Notes under the pieces: generated by a model
Databases searched by the model: none
Told to the model about the DNA's origin: nothing
The model's input: only the letters and a program-made list of their open reading frames with translations
Shown here: positions 23,835 to 34,807 of the stretch, in pieces
Layout: every line of letters starts with the position of its first letter
Numbering within the stretch: the first letter of the stretch is position 1
NCBI GenBank assembly: GCA_004431415.1
Contig: QPMI01000090.1
Location: 95,560-159,559, forward strand
From: Cyanophora paradoxa CCMP329
Lineage: Eukaryota > Plantae > Glaucophyta
Direction of reading: 5' to 3'
DNA: 64,000 nt
Translations under genes and position numbers: made by a program

Positions 23835-24532
23835 ATGGCCTTCGTCGCTACCGTTCCCGCCTCGGCGCGCGTGGCCAACGCGCAGGCCGTTTCGACTCGC
23901 AGCGTCTGCAGCATCGCCCGGCCGGCGCAGCCCGTCGCCTCCGCCTCCCGGAGCGAGTTCTTCGGCAGCCGTTCGGATATCGTTTTCGAGGCTCGTCATA
24001 GCATCGTTAGCCAGCCCGCCGTCCCTGCGTTCTGCACCGCGACCACGCAGGCCGTCGCCTCCACCGAGCAGAAGGTGCGCGGTGGCGCGGCTGCGGCGCG
24101 CTCGTAGCTCCAGCGTTCTATTCAGGCGCTCGTGCTCACCGTGACGCCCGTCGGTCGCTCCTCGCAGACCTGGTACTACGTGGCGTGCTCGCGGAAGTAC
24201 ATGCTCGAGGAGGAGCCCACCATGGAGGTCCTCGACGAGCGTGACCGCAACTTCAAGAAGCGCGGCCTCCCGAAGGACTTCTTCCTCGTTGAGAACCCCG
24301 CTTTCCTGAACGTACGCACCGCTTGCGCAAGATTTGATTGCAGCTATCGCTGACGCGCGCCCGCGTCACGCAGAAGCCGGAGTTCGCCTCGGTCAAGGCG
24401 CAGATCCCCGGAACGCCCGTGGCCATCGTGACCGACAACCGCCAGTTCATGGTCTTCATGCGCCTCCGGCTCGAGTTCGTCGTCGAGGGCGAGTTCCAGG
24501 CCACCCAGGCCGAGGCCACCGCTCGCGCTTAA
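23835..24532 (+). CDS. ycf54: Ycf54 (Mg-protoporphyrin IX monomethyl ester cyclase auxiliary factor), nuclear-encoded with plastid transit peptide
   Basis: Exons 23835-24074, 24168-24311 and 24374-24532. Ser/Ala/Arg-rich presequence MAFVATVPAS..., then TWYYVACSRKYMLEEEP.EVLDER...DFFLVENPAFL...VAIVTDNRQFMVFMRLRLEFVVEGEF. Confidence 0.95.
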
Positions 24533-24651
24533 GTTCCCCCTACTTTAAGACAGTATAATAGGTAGTAGGAGCCCCTAGGCAGCGTCCATCTCCCATTTTC
24601 AGCGCTTCCCTTCGTCTACAGTGCATATTACAACAAACAGTTTCAATGGTG

Positions 24652-27600
24652 TCACCGGGGGGCTGGTTGCATGAGGGGGGCGTACGCGTGCGCGGGCGGG
24701 GCGAGCGGAGCAGAGATGCCGTACGCGGCGGCGACGCCCGGAGCGAGGGGCGGGAGGGGCCCCGGGCTCTGCCCGTGGACGGGGCTGAACCCGAGGGGGT
24801 TGAAGGAGGCGAGCGGGTGGGCGCCGGGGGGCGAGGCGGCGGCCGCCTGCTGCCTCCTGAGCCGCTCGAGCCGCTCCGCCTCGGGCTCCGCCAGCGGCGA
24901 CGCCGAGGGCCCTGGCAGCGCCCCCTCAGCGAGCCGGCCCGAGCGCGAGGCGCGGGGCGGGGCGGGGCGGGGGCGGACCGCGGGGGCGGCCGAGCTCGGC
25001 GTGGATGGCGGCGAGGGAGGCCTGCAGCTCGGCGACGCGCGCCGCCGACCCGTTCATCTGCACCCGCAGCACCTCGTCCTCCAGCTCCCGCAGCCGCTCC
25101 TCCCCCACGCCTCCCCTGCACCGCCCCGCCCGCCCGCCTCGCCCCCGGCCGGCGGCGGCGGGCGGGGCGGGGCGGGGCGCGGGGCGGGGCGCACGGGGCG
25201 GGGCGCCTGCGGAGCTCGTCGGCCTCAGCGGCGAGGGCGCGCAGCTCCTCCTCCAGCCGCTCCTCGCGCCCCGCCGCCTCCTCGATCGCCCCGTCCAGCG
25301 CCCGCATCTGCTGCACCAGGTACTCCGCCGCCCGCTTCCGCGACGACGACTGCGCCCGCCCCGCGTCACGCCGGCGCCACGGGGGCGGCAGAGAGGAGCA
25401 GGAGCAGCGGAGCTCGCCTGGCCGCTCGCGTACTCCGCGACGAGGCCCGTGAGCTGCGAACGCGGGGGGTGCGAGCGCGGGTGAGGGCGGCGGGGGGAGG
25501 GGACGGCGGGCGCAAGCAACGCTCGCCTCGGCGATGCGGCGGTCGCGCTCCTCGAGGAGGGCCCCGAAGTGCCGCCCCTGCCTCGCCACCTGCCGCACCG
25601 CCCGGCCGCGTGAGAGGGCGGGGGAGGGCGGGGCGGGGGTCGGGGCGGGGCGCCTGCTCGCGGGCGCGGAGGGCCTCGTCGGCGCGGGCGCGGTTCTCCT
25701 GCAGCAGGGAGGACCAGCGGTAGCGCCCCTCCCGCTCCCGCCTCTCCAGCTCCTCGATGTGCCGCTGCCCCCGCCTCAGCGCCCCGACGAGACGGCTCGC
25801 GGGCGGGGCGCGTGCGCACGGCCATGAGCTCGCGCTCGCGGCCGCGCTCGGTGAGGAAGGCGTGCAGCTCGCTGGCGTCCCGACGCCCGCGCGCCCGGCG
25901 GCGGCGGCCGCTCCTCGCGGGCGCGCGCGAGCTCGCGGTCCCGCAGGGCGAGCTCCTGCCGCAGGAACGCCACCGAGCGCTCCGCCTCCGCCAGCGACCG
26001 CGCCCAGTCCCCCGGCGGCGTCGCGCCCTGCGAGCCGCCCGCCGCCGAGGCCGCCGCCCCGCAGGGGCGGCCTGGGCCTGGGCGGCCGCGGCGTCGGCGC
26101 GGGCGCTGCGGTGCGGTCAGGGCGGCAGGCGGGGCGGGGCGGGGCGGGGCGGGCCGGAGGGCCTCGAAGGCGCGGGCGATCTCGTCGAAGTGGCGCTCGG
26201 GAGGAGCCGCTCGACGCGCAGCAGCTCCGCAGCCACCGCCCCCGCCCGCTCCTGCAGCGGCCGCCCCATGATCTCCTCGCACGTCGGCGCCGAGGGGTCC
26301 CCGCCCGGCGGCCCCGCCGGCTGCTGCCCCGTCACCCGCGCTACCAGCGCGTCCGCCACGTGCCGCAGCTTCGCCGTCCTCAGCCGCAGCTGCACCGCCC
26401 CGTCCGCCACGGGGAAGAGCGCCATGTCCACCTCCCGCGGCCCGTGCCGCCCCGCCCCGGCCCCCGCCGCTGCCGAGGAGGGGCCGGCCGGGGGCGCGGG
26501 GGCGGCCGCGGGGAGCTCCTCGAGCAGGCGCGCGGCGGCGGCGGCCTGCCGGTGGTCCGTCGCCGCGTGCCTCGCCGCCTCGGCCGTGGTGTCGCCGGGG
26601 CCCACGCCGGCCCCTCCTCCCCGGGCCTCCGCGGCGTGATCCCCGAGTGCCCCGCCTCGGGCCCCGCCGCCCCCGCCGCCCCGCCGGACGTCGTGCGCCT
26701 GAGCGAGCTGCCCAGGCGGTCGTTCTTGCGCGCCGCGTTCTCGTCCTCGATCGCCTGCGCCCGCCCCGCCGGCGTCAGGCCCCCCCCGCGCCCCGCGCGG
26801 GAGGCTACCGACCTTCAGCGTCGCCTCCATGCGGTCCAGGTCCTCGCGCGCGACGCGCCCCGCGCCCGCGCCCGCGCCCGCGCCCGAGGGCCCGCCCCGC
26901 CGCCGCCCCCGGCGCTGCTCCCGCTCGCCGTGGGGTCCCGCCGGAGGGAGGTCGAGGGCCCCGCCCCGCCGGCCGCCCGCTCCGCGCCCCTGGGCGAGAA
27001 GGCCCCGCCTTCCCCCGCGGGGGCCTTCCCGGCGCCGGAGGCGGGGATGTCGATCCGCACGGGGGCTGACGCGTGCCGCCGGAAGGAGCCCTCCAGCGCC
27101 CCGCCGCTCGCCGCCGCCGACTTTGCGATCGACTCCTCCAGCGACGCTTTCTCCGGGGCTGGCACCAATGTCGAGCTGTTCTTCGGGAAGGGCGGGTACT
27201 GCACGCCCTGTGCGGCCGCGTCTGGAAGAGATCCGGGAAAGAGGAGGGAAAAGGAAACGGGGGGCGCACGGGGCGCGAGCTTGCGCCCTTCTCGGGCGAG
27301 CCGCTGGTGGCGGGGCGCGTCTTGCGGGGCGAGCGGTTCGCGGACGGCTCGGCGCCCGCGCGCCGCGGGGAGGTTTGAGGGGCCTGCAAGTTGGTCTGCG
27401 AGCGCCGGACGAGTGACGGCCCACTGGGTCCCGGATCCGGCTTCTGCCTCGAGGTGAGATTCGCCTTCGACACCGGCGCCGGAGTGACCTGCCGCGGCGG
27501 CGCGTCAGGGCGCGCCAGTAGCTAGGCGGGCCGCCGCACTGCCGGGGGCTTCTTCGTGTCGGGCTTGGAGAGCATCGCGTTAGCCTTCTTCGTCGGGGAT

Positions 27601-28191
27601 GCGAAGTCCTTCAGCGGCTTGTCCATCGCGCTGAAGGCGCCCAGGTCACCAGGCTGCGCCACGCGTTCGGTCGTTGGTCGTCGCCCGAGGGCGGCGGCGG
27701 GAGGCCCGCACGAGGTTCCCCGAGCCTCGCACAGCAACGTCCATGTCCGCCGCATAGAAGAAACGGTACCAGTCGACGTCTGCGAGCGCGCCGCCAACGT
27801 TCGAAATTCAAGCGTACGCTTAGCTGCGGACGCCCCGCACCGTAGCCAAAGCGAATAATGTCTCCGGATTCAAGCGGGATCGATCCCTGCTTGATGTGCT
27901 GCTCGTTCACCCAGGTGCCGTTCGTGCTGCCGACATCGTAGAGCACAGCACCGTCCCGCGGCAAGTGGCCCGTGCGGGGAATGGCAAACTCCACGATCGC
28001 ATGACGGCTAGATATAGTCTTCGGCTGCGCGCGGCAGGGCTCGCCGCGGCTCCGGGCAGCTGGGAAAGGGGTTCGGCGGCGCGCACCTCGAGACAGATGT
28101 CGTTGTCCGGTGCGCGACCTATCGAGCATCTCGCAGCGCAGAGCTCGTACCGGTACTCGGGCCCGATGAGGAGCCCGAGCGCCGTCTCCAT
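24652..28191 (-). CDS. FHA-domain protein with long coiled-coil C-terminal region
   Basis: N-terminal FHA motifs SIGRAPDNDICL, ISSRHA, DVGSTNGTWVN and LESGDIIRFG. Downstream exons are E/R/A/L-rich and heptad-like (RSLAEAERSVAFLRQELALRDRELARAR; LRELEDEVLRVQM). The 3' model is blurred by apparent homopolymer frameshifts. Confidence 0.8.
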
Positions 28192-28301
28192 TAGGGGTAC
28201 GCGACTGAAGATTGGGGTACGACTCTCCACTGGCCATTTCGTTCTCTGCGACGTCGGGTTGGCGTTACAAGTTGTAGAATCGTTGCGAACCTGTTGGGAA
28301 G
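28192..28301. promoter_or_regulatory. Putative bidirectional promoter between FHA gene and RlpA-LysM gene
   Basis: 110 bp between the divergent ATGs, lower GC than the flanking exons. Confidence 0.5.
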
Positions 28302-29276
28302 ATGCCACAGCAGCGGGTCTGCCGCAGCAACTGCGCGTCGAAGATGTGGCAAGGCTTGCAGGGGCAGCGTACTTTCTCCGGTGAGCCCTACTCGGACGGG
28401 GGCTTCACAGCGGCGCACCGGACACATGCGATGGGAACAAAGCGTACGTAGAGCGCGTAGGCGATCGGCACTCCTGCGTGCGCTGATCGGCATCCGGAAA
28501 TCTGCAGTGAAGGTGACAAACCTGTGGAATCAGCGCTCAGTGGTCGTCAAGGTGAATGACAGGGGTCCATTTGGATCGGCGGTGAGCGTTGATTCAAATC
28601 TCACTTGCTGCTGCGCGATCTTATCTTTGTCTAGGCGCGGATCATCGACCTGAGCGGGGCGGCGGCGCGGGCCATCGGCCTGACGACGGGGAGCGTGCCC
28701 GTTTCGATTACCGTGGCAGCGCCGGCGCCAGCTAAGAGCGGCTCCCCCGCGCGGCCGGCCTCAGCTGGCGCGCAATCAGCCTCGTCGAAGGCCGCCCCTG
28801 GTGCCAGTGCTTCGAAGGGCGCCCCGGCAGCCCCGGCGGCGCCGGCAGCGGGCAAGCACGTCGTGCGGGCCGGCGACTCGCTGTGGACGATCGCGGCGCA
28901 GCACAAGACGACTGTGGCGCAGCTGCAGAAGCTCAACCCGGGCGTGACCACGGCGCTCACCATCGGCCAGTCCGTCGCCGTCGGGCCCGCCGCGCCCGCC
29001 GCCGCTCCCCCCGCCGCGACCCCTGCAGCGGCCCGCAAGCCGAGCGCCGCGCCCGCCCCCGCGCGGCCCGCGACCGCCCCGCCGCGGCCGGCGACCGCCC
29101 CGCCCCGGCCGGCGGCGGCGCCGGCGGCCTCCGGGGCGCACAAGTACACGATCCGGCCGGGAGACTGCCTGTGGACGATCGCGGGGCGGCACAAGACGAC
29201 GGTGGCGGAGCTGCGGAAGGCGAACCCGGGCCTCACCAACGACCTCACCGTCGGCAACGCCATCAACGTCAAGTGA
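28302..29276 (+). CDS. rlpA: RlpA-like double-psi beta-barrel (septal lytic transglycosylase family) fused to two LysM domains
   Basis: Three exons give ...[28 protein letters not shown]|[24 protein letters not shown]|[17 protein letters not shown] Pro/Ala linker leads to Lys[28 protein letters not shown] and Lys[28 protein letters not shown]. Confidence 0.92.
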
Positions 29277-29581
29277 GCCCGGCGCCCTCCGCCCTCCGCC
29301 CCCTCCAGCTTTTTCCCTTCGAAATTCCCCAGCCGTTCCATTCGATACTCGTCGCGCCACCTCCCCGCGCGCACAAGCAATCCATATCACACTTCTTTGC
29401 ATGGGTAGATGTAGGCTGGAGTCTAGCGGTCACTGGCGTAGGCCCTTTTGCAGTTGATTGTCGGAGTTGTGTACTTCGTTAGGTTAGAGGTATTCGCTAC
29501 GCATTGCAGGTCACTTTGAATAGCATTTGTAATTTATGATACACTGGAGAGGGAAGCCGGCGCGGCCTGGGCGTCCTAGTG

Positions 29582-32500
29582 CTAGTCGGACTCGCGGTCT
29601 GAGCCGTAGTCGGAGCCGTCGCCCGAGCCGGCCGCCGCTGCAGCGCCCGTGTACGGCTCGAAGGGCAGCGGGCCGTGCTCGGCGATGCTGAACAGAAGCG
29701 TCAGGCGGAGCTCGATCGCCAGGAGGCTCGAGGGGAGGGGCGCGGGGGGCACGGCACCTGTCGAAGAGCCACTTGTGGCGGACGACAGGGGGCGCCTTGC
29801 GGCCGCCGGCGCCGGCTGCGGGGGCGAGCTCCGGGTCCTCGCAGAGGACCACGCTCGCCTTGCCCGCGTCCTTCTCCAGCTGCCCGCCGCCCGGCCCCGT
29901 GAGCCCGGGCGCGCCCCTGCGGCGGATCCGGGCCGCTCTCCCCCGCGCACCGTGGCGCCGGCGGCGGCGATGAGGGCGTGCAGGAGGGGCGCCTGCAGCT
30001 GGAGCGGCGGCTCGCCCGCCGTCGCGATGCGGTACCCCTTCAGGATGCGGCGGCCCTCCTCCGGGGCCGGCACGTTGAAGGCGGTGTTCGCGTAGGGCTC
30101 GACGGGGAGCCAGCGGCGCGCCTCGGCCGAGTCCAGCACCCACTCGTGCCGCACGATGGCCGCGCCCCGCGCGATGCCGTAGAGGACCTGCCGGCTAAGT
30201 CGGCCCCAGCCGCACGGGGGGCGCGGCGGGCCCGGACCTTGTACGTGCGCATGGGGCCGGCGGTGACGACGTGGGTGATGGAGGGCAGGGGCGCCTTCCT
30301 GTGCGAGATGCGCACCCCGCCGACCGCCCGCGCCGCCTCCACGATCTGCCGGCCCGGCCGCGTCAGGCCGGGGGAGCAAAGCGCGGGCCCCGGGAGGGTG
30401 GCCGCCGCTCGCCTGCCTGCGGGCGCCCTCGTCGGCCCCAGAGATGCAGATCACGACTCTGGCGGCCGAGCCCGACGACTCCGCCCCCCCCGCCGCCTTG
30501 GTCGCCCTCCCCTTCGCCGCTGGCCGCTTCGGCGGCGCCGGCGCCGGGCTCTCCGGCTCAGCAGCCGCCGCCCCCTCCGCGCCCGGGGCGTCGCGGGGCG
30601 GCGGCGGCCGGCGGGGCCGCGGGCGGGGTCGCGGGGCGGCGGCCTGGCGGGCGGCGCGGCCGGCGGCGATGGCGGCGGCGATGGAGGCCTGGAGGGCCTC
30701 GGAGAGGGCGAGGCGGCCGGCCGCCCCTCGCCCTCGCCCTCGGCCCCGCCCTCGGCCTCGCCTTCGCCCAGTCGGGGGCCTGGGACGCCTCGAGCTGGCC
30801 CGTGAGGGCGCGGATCTCCCCCGCGTCCCCGGCCGCCAGCGCCCGCGTCAGCGCCCCAGCAGCGCCCGCAGCCGCCCCTCCGCCTCCTCCCGCCGCCGCC
30901 GCTCCGCCTTCAGCTCCCGCCGCAGCGCCGACGGCCGCCCCCCTTGCGAGGCGCCCGCCGCCCCCGCCCCCGCCTCCTCCGCCTCGGGGGCCCCGGGGAG
31001 GCTGTCGGGGGGCATCACGAGGGCCCGCACGGGGCTCATCGGCGTCGCCTCGACGTCCGCCTCCTGCGCCCCCGCCGGCGTCGCCTTCGCCTTCTCGAGG
31101 GCGGAGGGGCCCGCGCCGGGCCCGGCGTGTTCCGCGCGTCCCCCGCGTTCTCGTCCTGCGCTGCCGCCGGTGTTGCCGTCGGCCGCGCCGGCGTCGCCGC
31201 GGGCCGCGCCGGCGTCTCCGCGGGCCGCGCCGGCGTCGCGGCGGGCCGCAGCGGGGCCGTCGTGCGCCGCCGCTTGCGCCGGTCCTCCTCCGCCCGCCGC
31301 TCCTCGCGCCGTCGCGCCGCCTCGCGCCGCACCAGCGCCGCCCGCATCGCTGCGGCCCGTGAGCGGGGCGCGCCGGCGGGCGGGGCGGCGCGGGGCGGGC
31401 GGACCGGCCTGGAGGACGACGATGGCCTCCCAGCGGCGGTCTGCCTCGCAGCAGGCGATCCACATGCGCACGTTGCGCTGCACGACGGCCGCCGCCCGCC
31501 CCCGCGCCTCCCCGAGGCGCTTCTCCAGCCACCGCACCGGCACCTCCTTCAGGAACACCCGCGACTTGCCCACCTGGCGGGGGGCGATCAGGCGCCGGCG
31601 GGCTCCAACCCTTGCAGGTCGCGGGGCGCGCGCCTGCCAGGCGGGGAGGAGCCGCTTCTGGGCGCCGAGGTGGGCGGGGCCCTCGGCGGGCCGGGGCATG
31701 CCCTGCGCCTCGAGGCAGCCCAGCGCGCGCTGGACGAGGGGCGCCGCGGGGGCGCCCGCGGCGGAGGCGACGTCCCGCGGCAGCACCGGCCGGTACCTGC
31801 GGGGGCGCGCGTGAGCGGGTACGGCGGCGGCGCAAGCGAGCGGGGGGCACCGGCGGAGGAAGTCGGGGAAGGGGAGGGAGGCGGCGTAGGCGGCGGAGGC
31901 GACCTGGACGGCCTCCACGAGGCCCGAGCAGCGCATCTGCTGCAGCAGCAGCGCCGCCTGCACCGCCGGCGCCGCCCCGTCCGCGGCCGCCTCGGGGGCC
32001 GGCTTCATGCAGCGGATGAAGTGCGCGTCGCTGGCGGCGATGGTCCGCAGCAGCGAGTCGAGCTGTCCCTTGAACTGGGCGAAGACGGAGAGGGCGCGGG
32101 CCTTTGAGGGCCCCGGGCGGGCGGCGGCCCCGGCGGCGGCGGCGGCGGAGGGGGGCGGGCGGGTGGAGGAGAGCTGGGCGAGGCGGGCGGCGGCGCGGAG
32201 GAGCGGGGAGCGGGAGGAGGCGAGGAGGGCGAGGAGCTCGGGGGAGACGGCGTCCCGGTTCCTCGCCACGAACCCCGCCGTGTCGTACGTCACCTGCGCC
32301 CGGTCGGACCCGCGCCGCTGCGGTCTGCGGGGGGTCGGGGGCGCGGCGCGGCGCGCACGTCGCCGGCGTAGTGGCGGAGGGTGAAGGCCCCCGGGCTGAA
32401 CTTGGCCCGCGCGTAGCTCGGGTGCTCCCCGAAGGCCGCGTGCAGCTTCTCCGCCAGCGCCTTGTCGCTCCCGCCTGCCCCGCCCCCGCCGTCAACTCAG

Positions 32501-34661
32501 CGCTCGGGCGCGGCTCGGCCCAATTCCGCGGCGGGGAGCTCGCGCGCACCCGGGAGGCCGCACTGCTCCTCGAGGAGGGCGACGAGGCCGGCGCCGGGGC
32601 GCTCGAGGAGCTCGCCGCAGGCCCTCGCGGCGCCCGGCGGGGGCGTCGCCTCCCACTCGATCCCCTCGCGCACGTACTCGAGCTGCTGCCCCGCGATCGC
32701 CGCCTCGTTGAAGTGCTGCTGCAGCTTCTCGTTCGCGTAGTTGATGCACAGCTGCTCGAACCCGTTCCCCTGCACCTGCCCCGGCCCCCGCTCGCTCCCG
32801 GGCCGAGGGGGACTCAGGGGCGGAAGGCGGACCTCCATGTTCTCGAACCCGAAGATGTCGAGGATGCCGATGAGGGGCGCCCCCGCCGCGCCCTCGGCCC
32901 CCGCCGCGCCCTCGGCCCCCGCCCACTCGTCGTCGTCCGCGCCGCCGGCGGCGGCCCCGGCCCGGCGGGGGCGAGGGCGGCGTTGACGCGGGCGGCAAGG
33001 GAGCGGAAGAGCCGGCGTAGAGGGCCATGCAGAGCGAGTCCCGCGCCTGCCCCGCCTCCCGCGGCGACAGCGTCCGCGCGAACGACGACCCGCCCGACCC
33101 GCCCGCCGTCGCCCGCCGCACCGTCAGCGCCTCCACCAGCGCCCCCCGCCCGCCCGGCAGCGCCAGCAGCTCCGCCGCCGCCCCGAGCTCCCGCAGGCAC
33201 TCCTCGGGGAGCGCGCAGGCGTCCCCGTGGCCCGACCCGGACTCGAAGCGGGCGTTGCCGAGGCGGAGGATGGCGGCGAGGGCCCGCAGCGCCTCCCGGC
33301 GCCCCTCCTCTCGCACCCCGAAGGCCTCCAGGGCGGCCATCGTGCGGGCGAAGCCGGCGGCGTCGGCGGCGCGCTCGGCGGGCGGGCAGGCCTCGTGTGT
33401 GGCGCCGGCGAGGAGGCGGTAGGCGGCGGGGTCGTCGGACTCGAGGGAGAGCTCGGCGAGGAGGGCCGGGCCGGCGCCGGCGAGCAGCTGGTAGAAGACG
33501 TGGAAGCTCCGCTCCCCGGGCGCGTGCCCCGCTACCCGGCACTTCTCCAGCAGGTCTGGCCGGGGCCGCCGTGAGGCCCGCCCCGCGTGGAGCGCCGGGG
33601 CGGGGGCGGGCGGAACGCACAGGTGTCGATGTGGGCCCCCGCGATGGTGCGGCCGGTCGGGTCGAACCAGATCTGGGCGACGGTCGAGGGGGCGGGCGGG
33701 GGGGAGGGAGGGCCCCCGGCGGGGCGCACCTTGACGAACTTGCCGAAGCGTGAGGAGTTGGCGTTGCGGCACGTCCGCGCGTTTCCGAAGGCCTCCAGGA
33801 TCGGGTTCGACGCCAGCACCCGCTCCTGCCACCCCCCGCCCCGGCTCGACGCGCAGGCGGGGTGAACGATGGCGGAACGGTCACCTGGACGCTGCGGCCG
33901 GCGCACGAGGCGGCCGCGCGGCCGCTCGCCCGGCTCGTGAGGTACTCCAGGATGTATTTCTGCGGGCGCTGTGAGTGGCATGGGATTGATTCGAGCAGAA
34001 GAAGCGAGCTCGCCGTCGTCTCTGTCTTGCCCGCGCCGCTGTCGCCACTGCGCGAGGCAGCTGAGAGCGCGCGGCGCGGCTGGCGGCGCGGCGGCGCGGA
34101 GGACCTGATCAAGATGGACTGGGGCTTCTTGTCTGCGTGCGAGCTCAGCGGCGGCCGGCGGGCCCCAGGGTGCGCTCGCGCACCGCGGAGCATGCGGCGG
34201 TAGGCGCGCTCGGCGAGGAAGTAGACGTGCGGGACGACCTCGTCGTCGGCCGCCTCCGCGACCGCCTCGCGCGCCTCCTGGCAGTAGATGTCCAGCTGCC
34301 GGTACGGGTTGACGGCGACCAGGATCTCCCCCGCGAACGTGTAGATCTCGCCGGCGTCGAAGCGCGCGGTGATCCGGTCCAGCAGCTCCGCCTCGTTCTT
34401 GTGGACGCAGGAGCGCAGGCTGCGGAGCTCGTTTAGCGCCCCCGCCTCGCTACAGGCGTCGGGGCGGCCTGCGGAAACGCACTCGGGCGCGAGCGCCTCG
34501 GGGCACGGGTCGCGCTCCAGTGTGCGCTCCTTCGGGCCGAGCGCCCTACACGAGCCGTCTTCTAGCCGGACCATACCGTTCGGCATCCGAGTCGCCTGCA
34601 CATAGCGGCCCTCGCGGGTGAACAGCCAGATCGGAGCGGGTGGCTCCGCGGGCCCCGCCAT
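29582..34661 (-). CDS. Unconventional myosin: motor domain + IQ motifs + low-complexity/helical tail + C-terminal tandem BRCT
   Basis: Motor motifs [116 protein letters not shown] and [10 protein letters not shown]-like VVQRNVRMW and VLQAAMRAAL. BRCT motifs [22 protein letters not shown]...WVLDS and [11 protein letters not shown]. The link between the tail and the BRCTs crosses about 3-4 single-base frameshifts. Confidence 0.85.
31165..31250 (-). repeat. 21-nt coding tandem repeat (PAxTPAR)n in the myosin tail
   Basis: [28 protein letters not shown]. Confidence 0.8.
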
Positions 34662-34807
34662 CTCTAAGCTGCCCGATCGACTCCGGCGAGCCAGCTAAAT
34701 CTATTTCTCGCGCTTCTACCCGCGGCTGTGACTGCGGGAGGAGATGGTGAACGGGACACCGAGGAATCCGTTGCCAATTTACGATACCCCGGCAGGATGG
34801 CTCCTCG
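34662..34807. promoter_or_regulatory. Putative bidirectional promoter between myosin-BRCT and CHUP1-like genes
   Basis: 146 bp between the divergent ATGs. Confidence 0.55.

Noticed and set aside
22554-29276. RlpA, GtrA and ycf54 as bacterial contamination or a transferred operon
   Set aside because: All three have spliceosomal introns and host-like composition, lie on different strands, and are interleaved with a eukaryotic FHA gene.
30720-31130. Frameshifts in the myosin tail (also in the CHUP1-like, FHA, sirtuin and At4g16180-like genes) read as pseudogenisation or programmed frameshifting
   Set aside because: Those I checked are restored by adding one base to a G or C run, and the catalytic motifs are intact. 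Long-read homopolymer error is the simplest explanation.
34014-34050. Myosin P-loop GDSGAGKT instead of GESGAGKT as a sign of a dead motor
   Set aside because: The substitution is conservative, and switch I (NSSRFGK) and switch II (DIFGFE) are intact.
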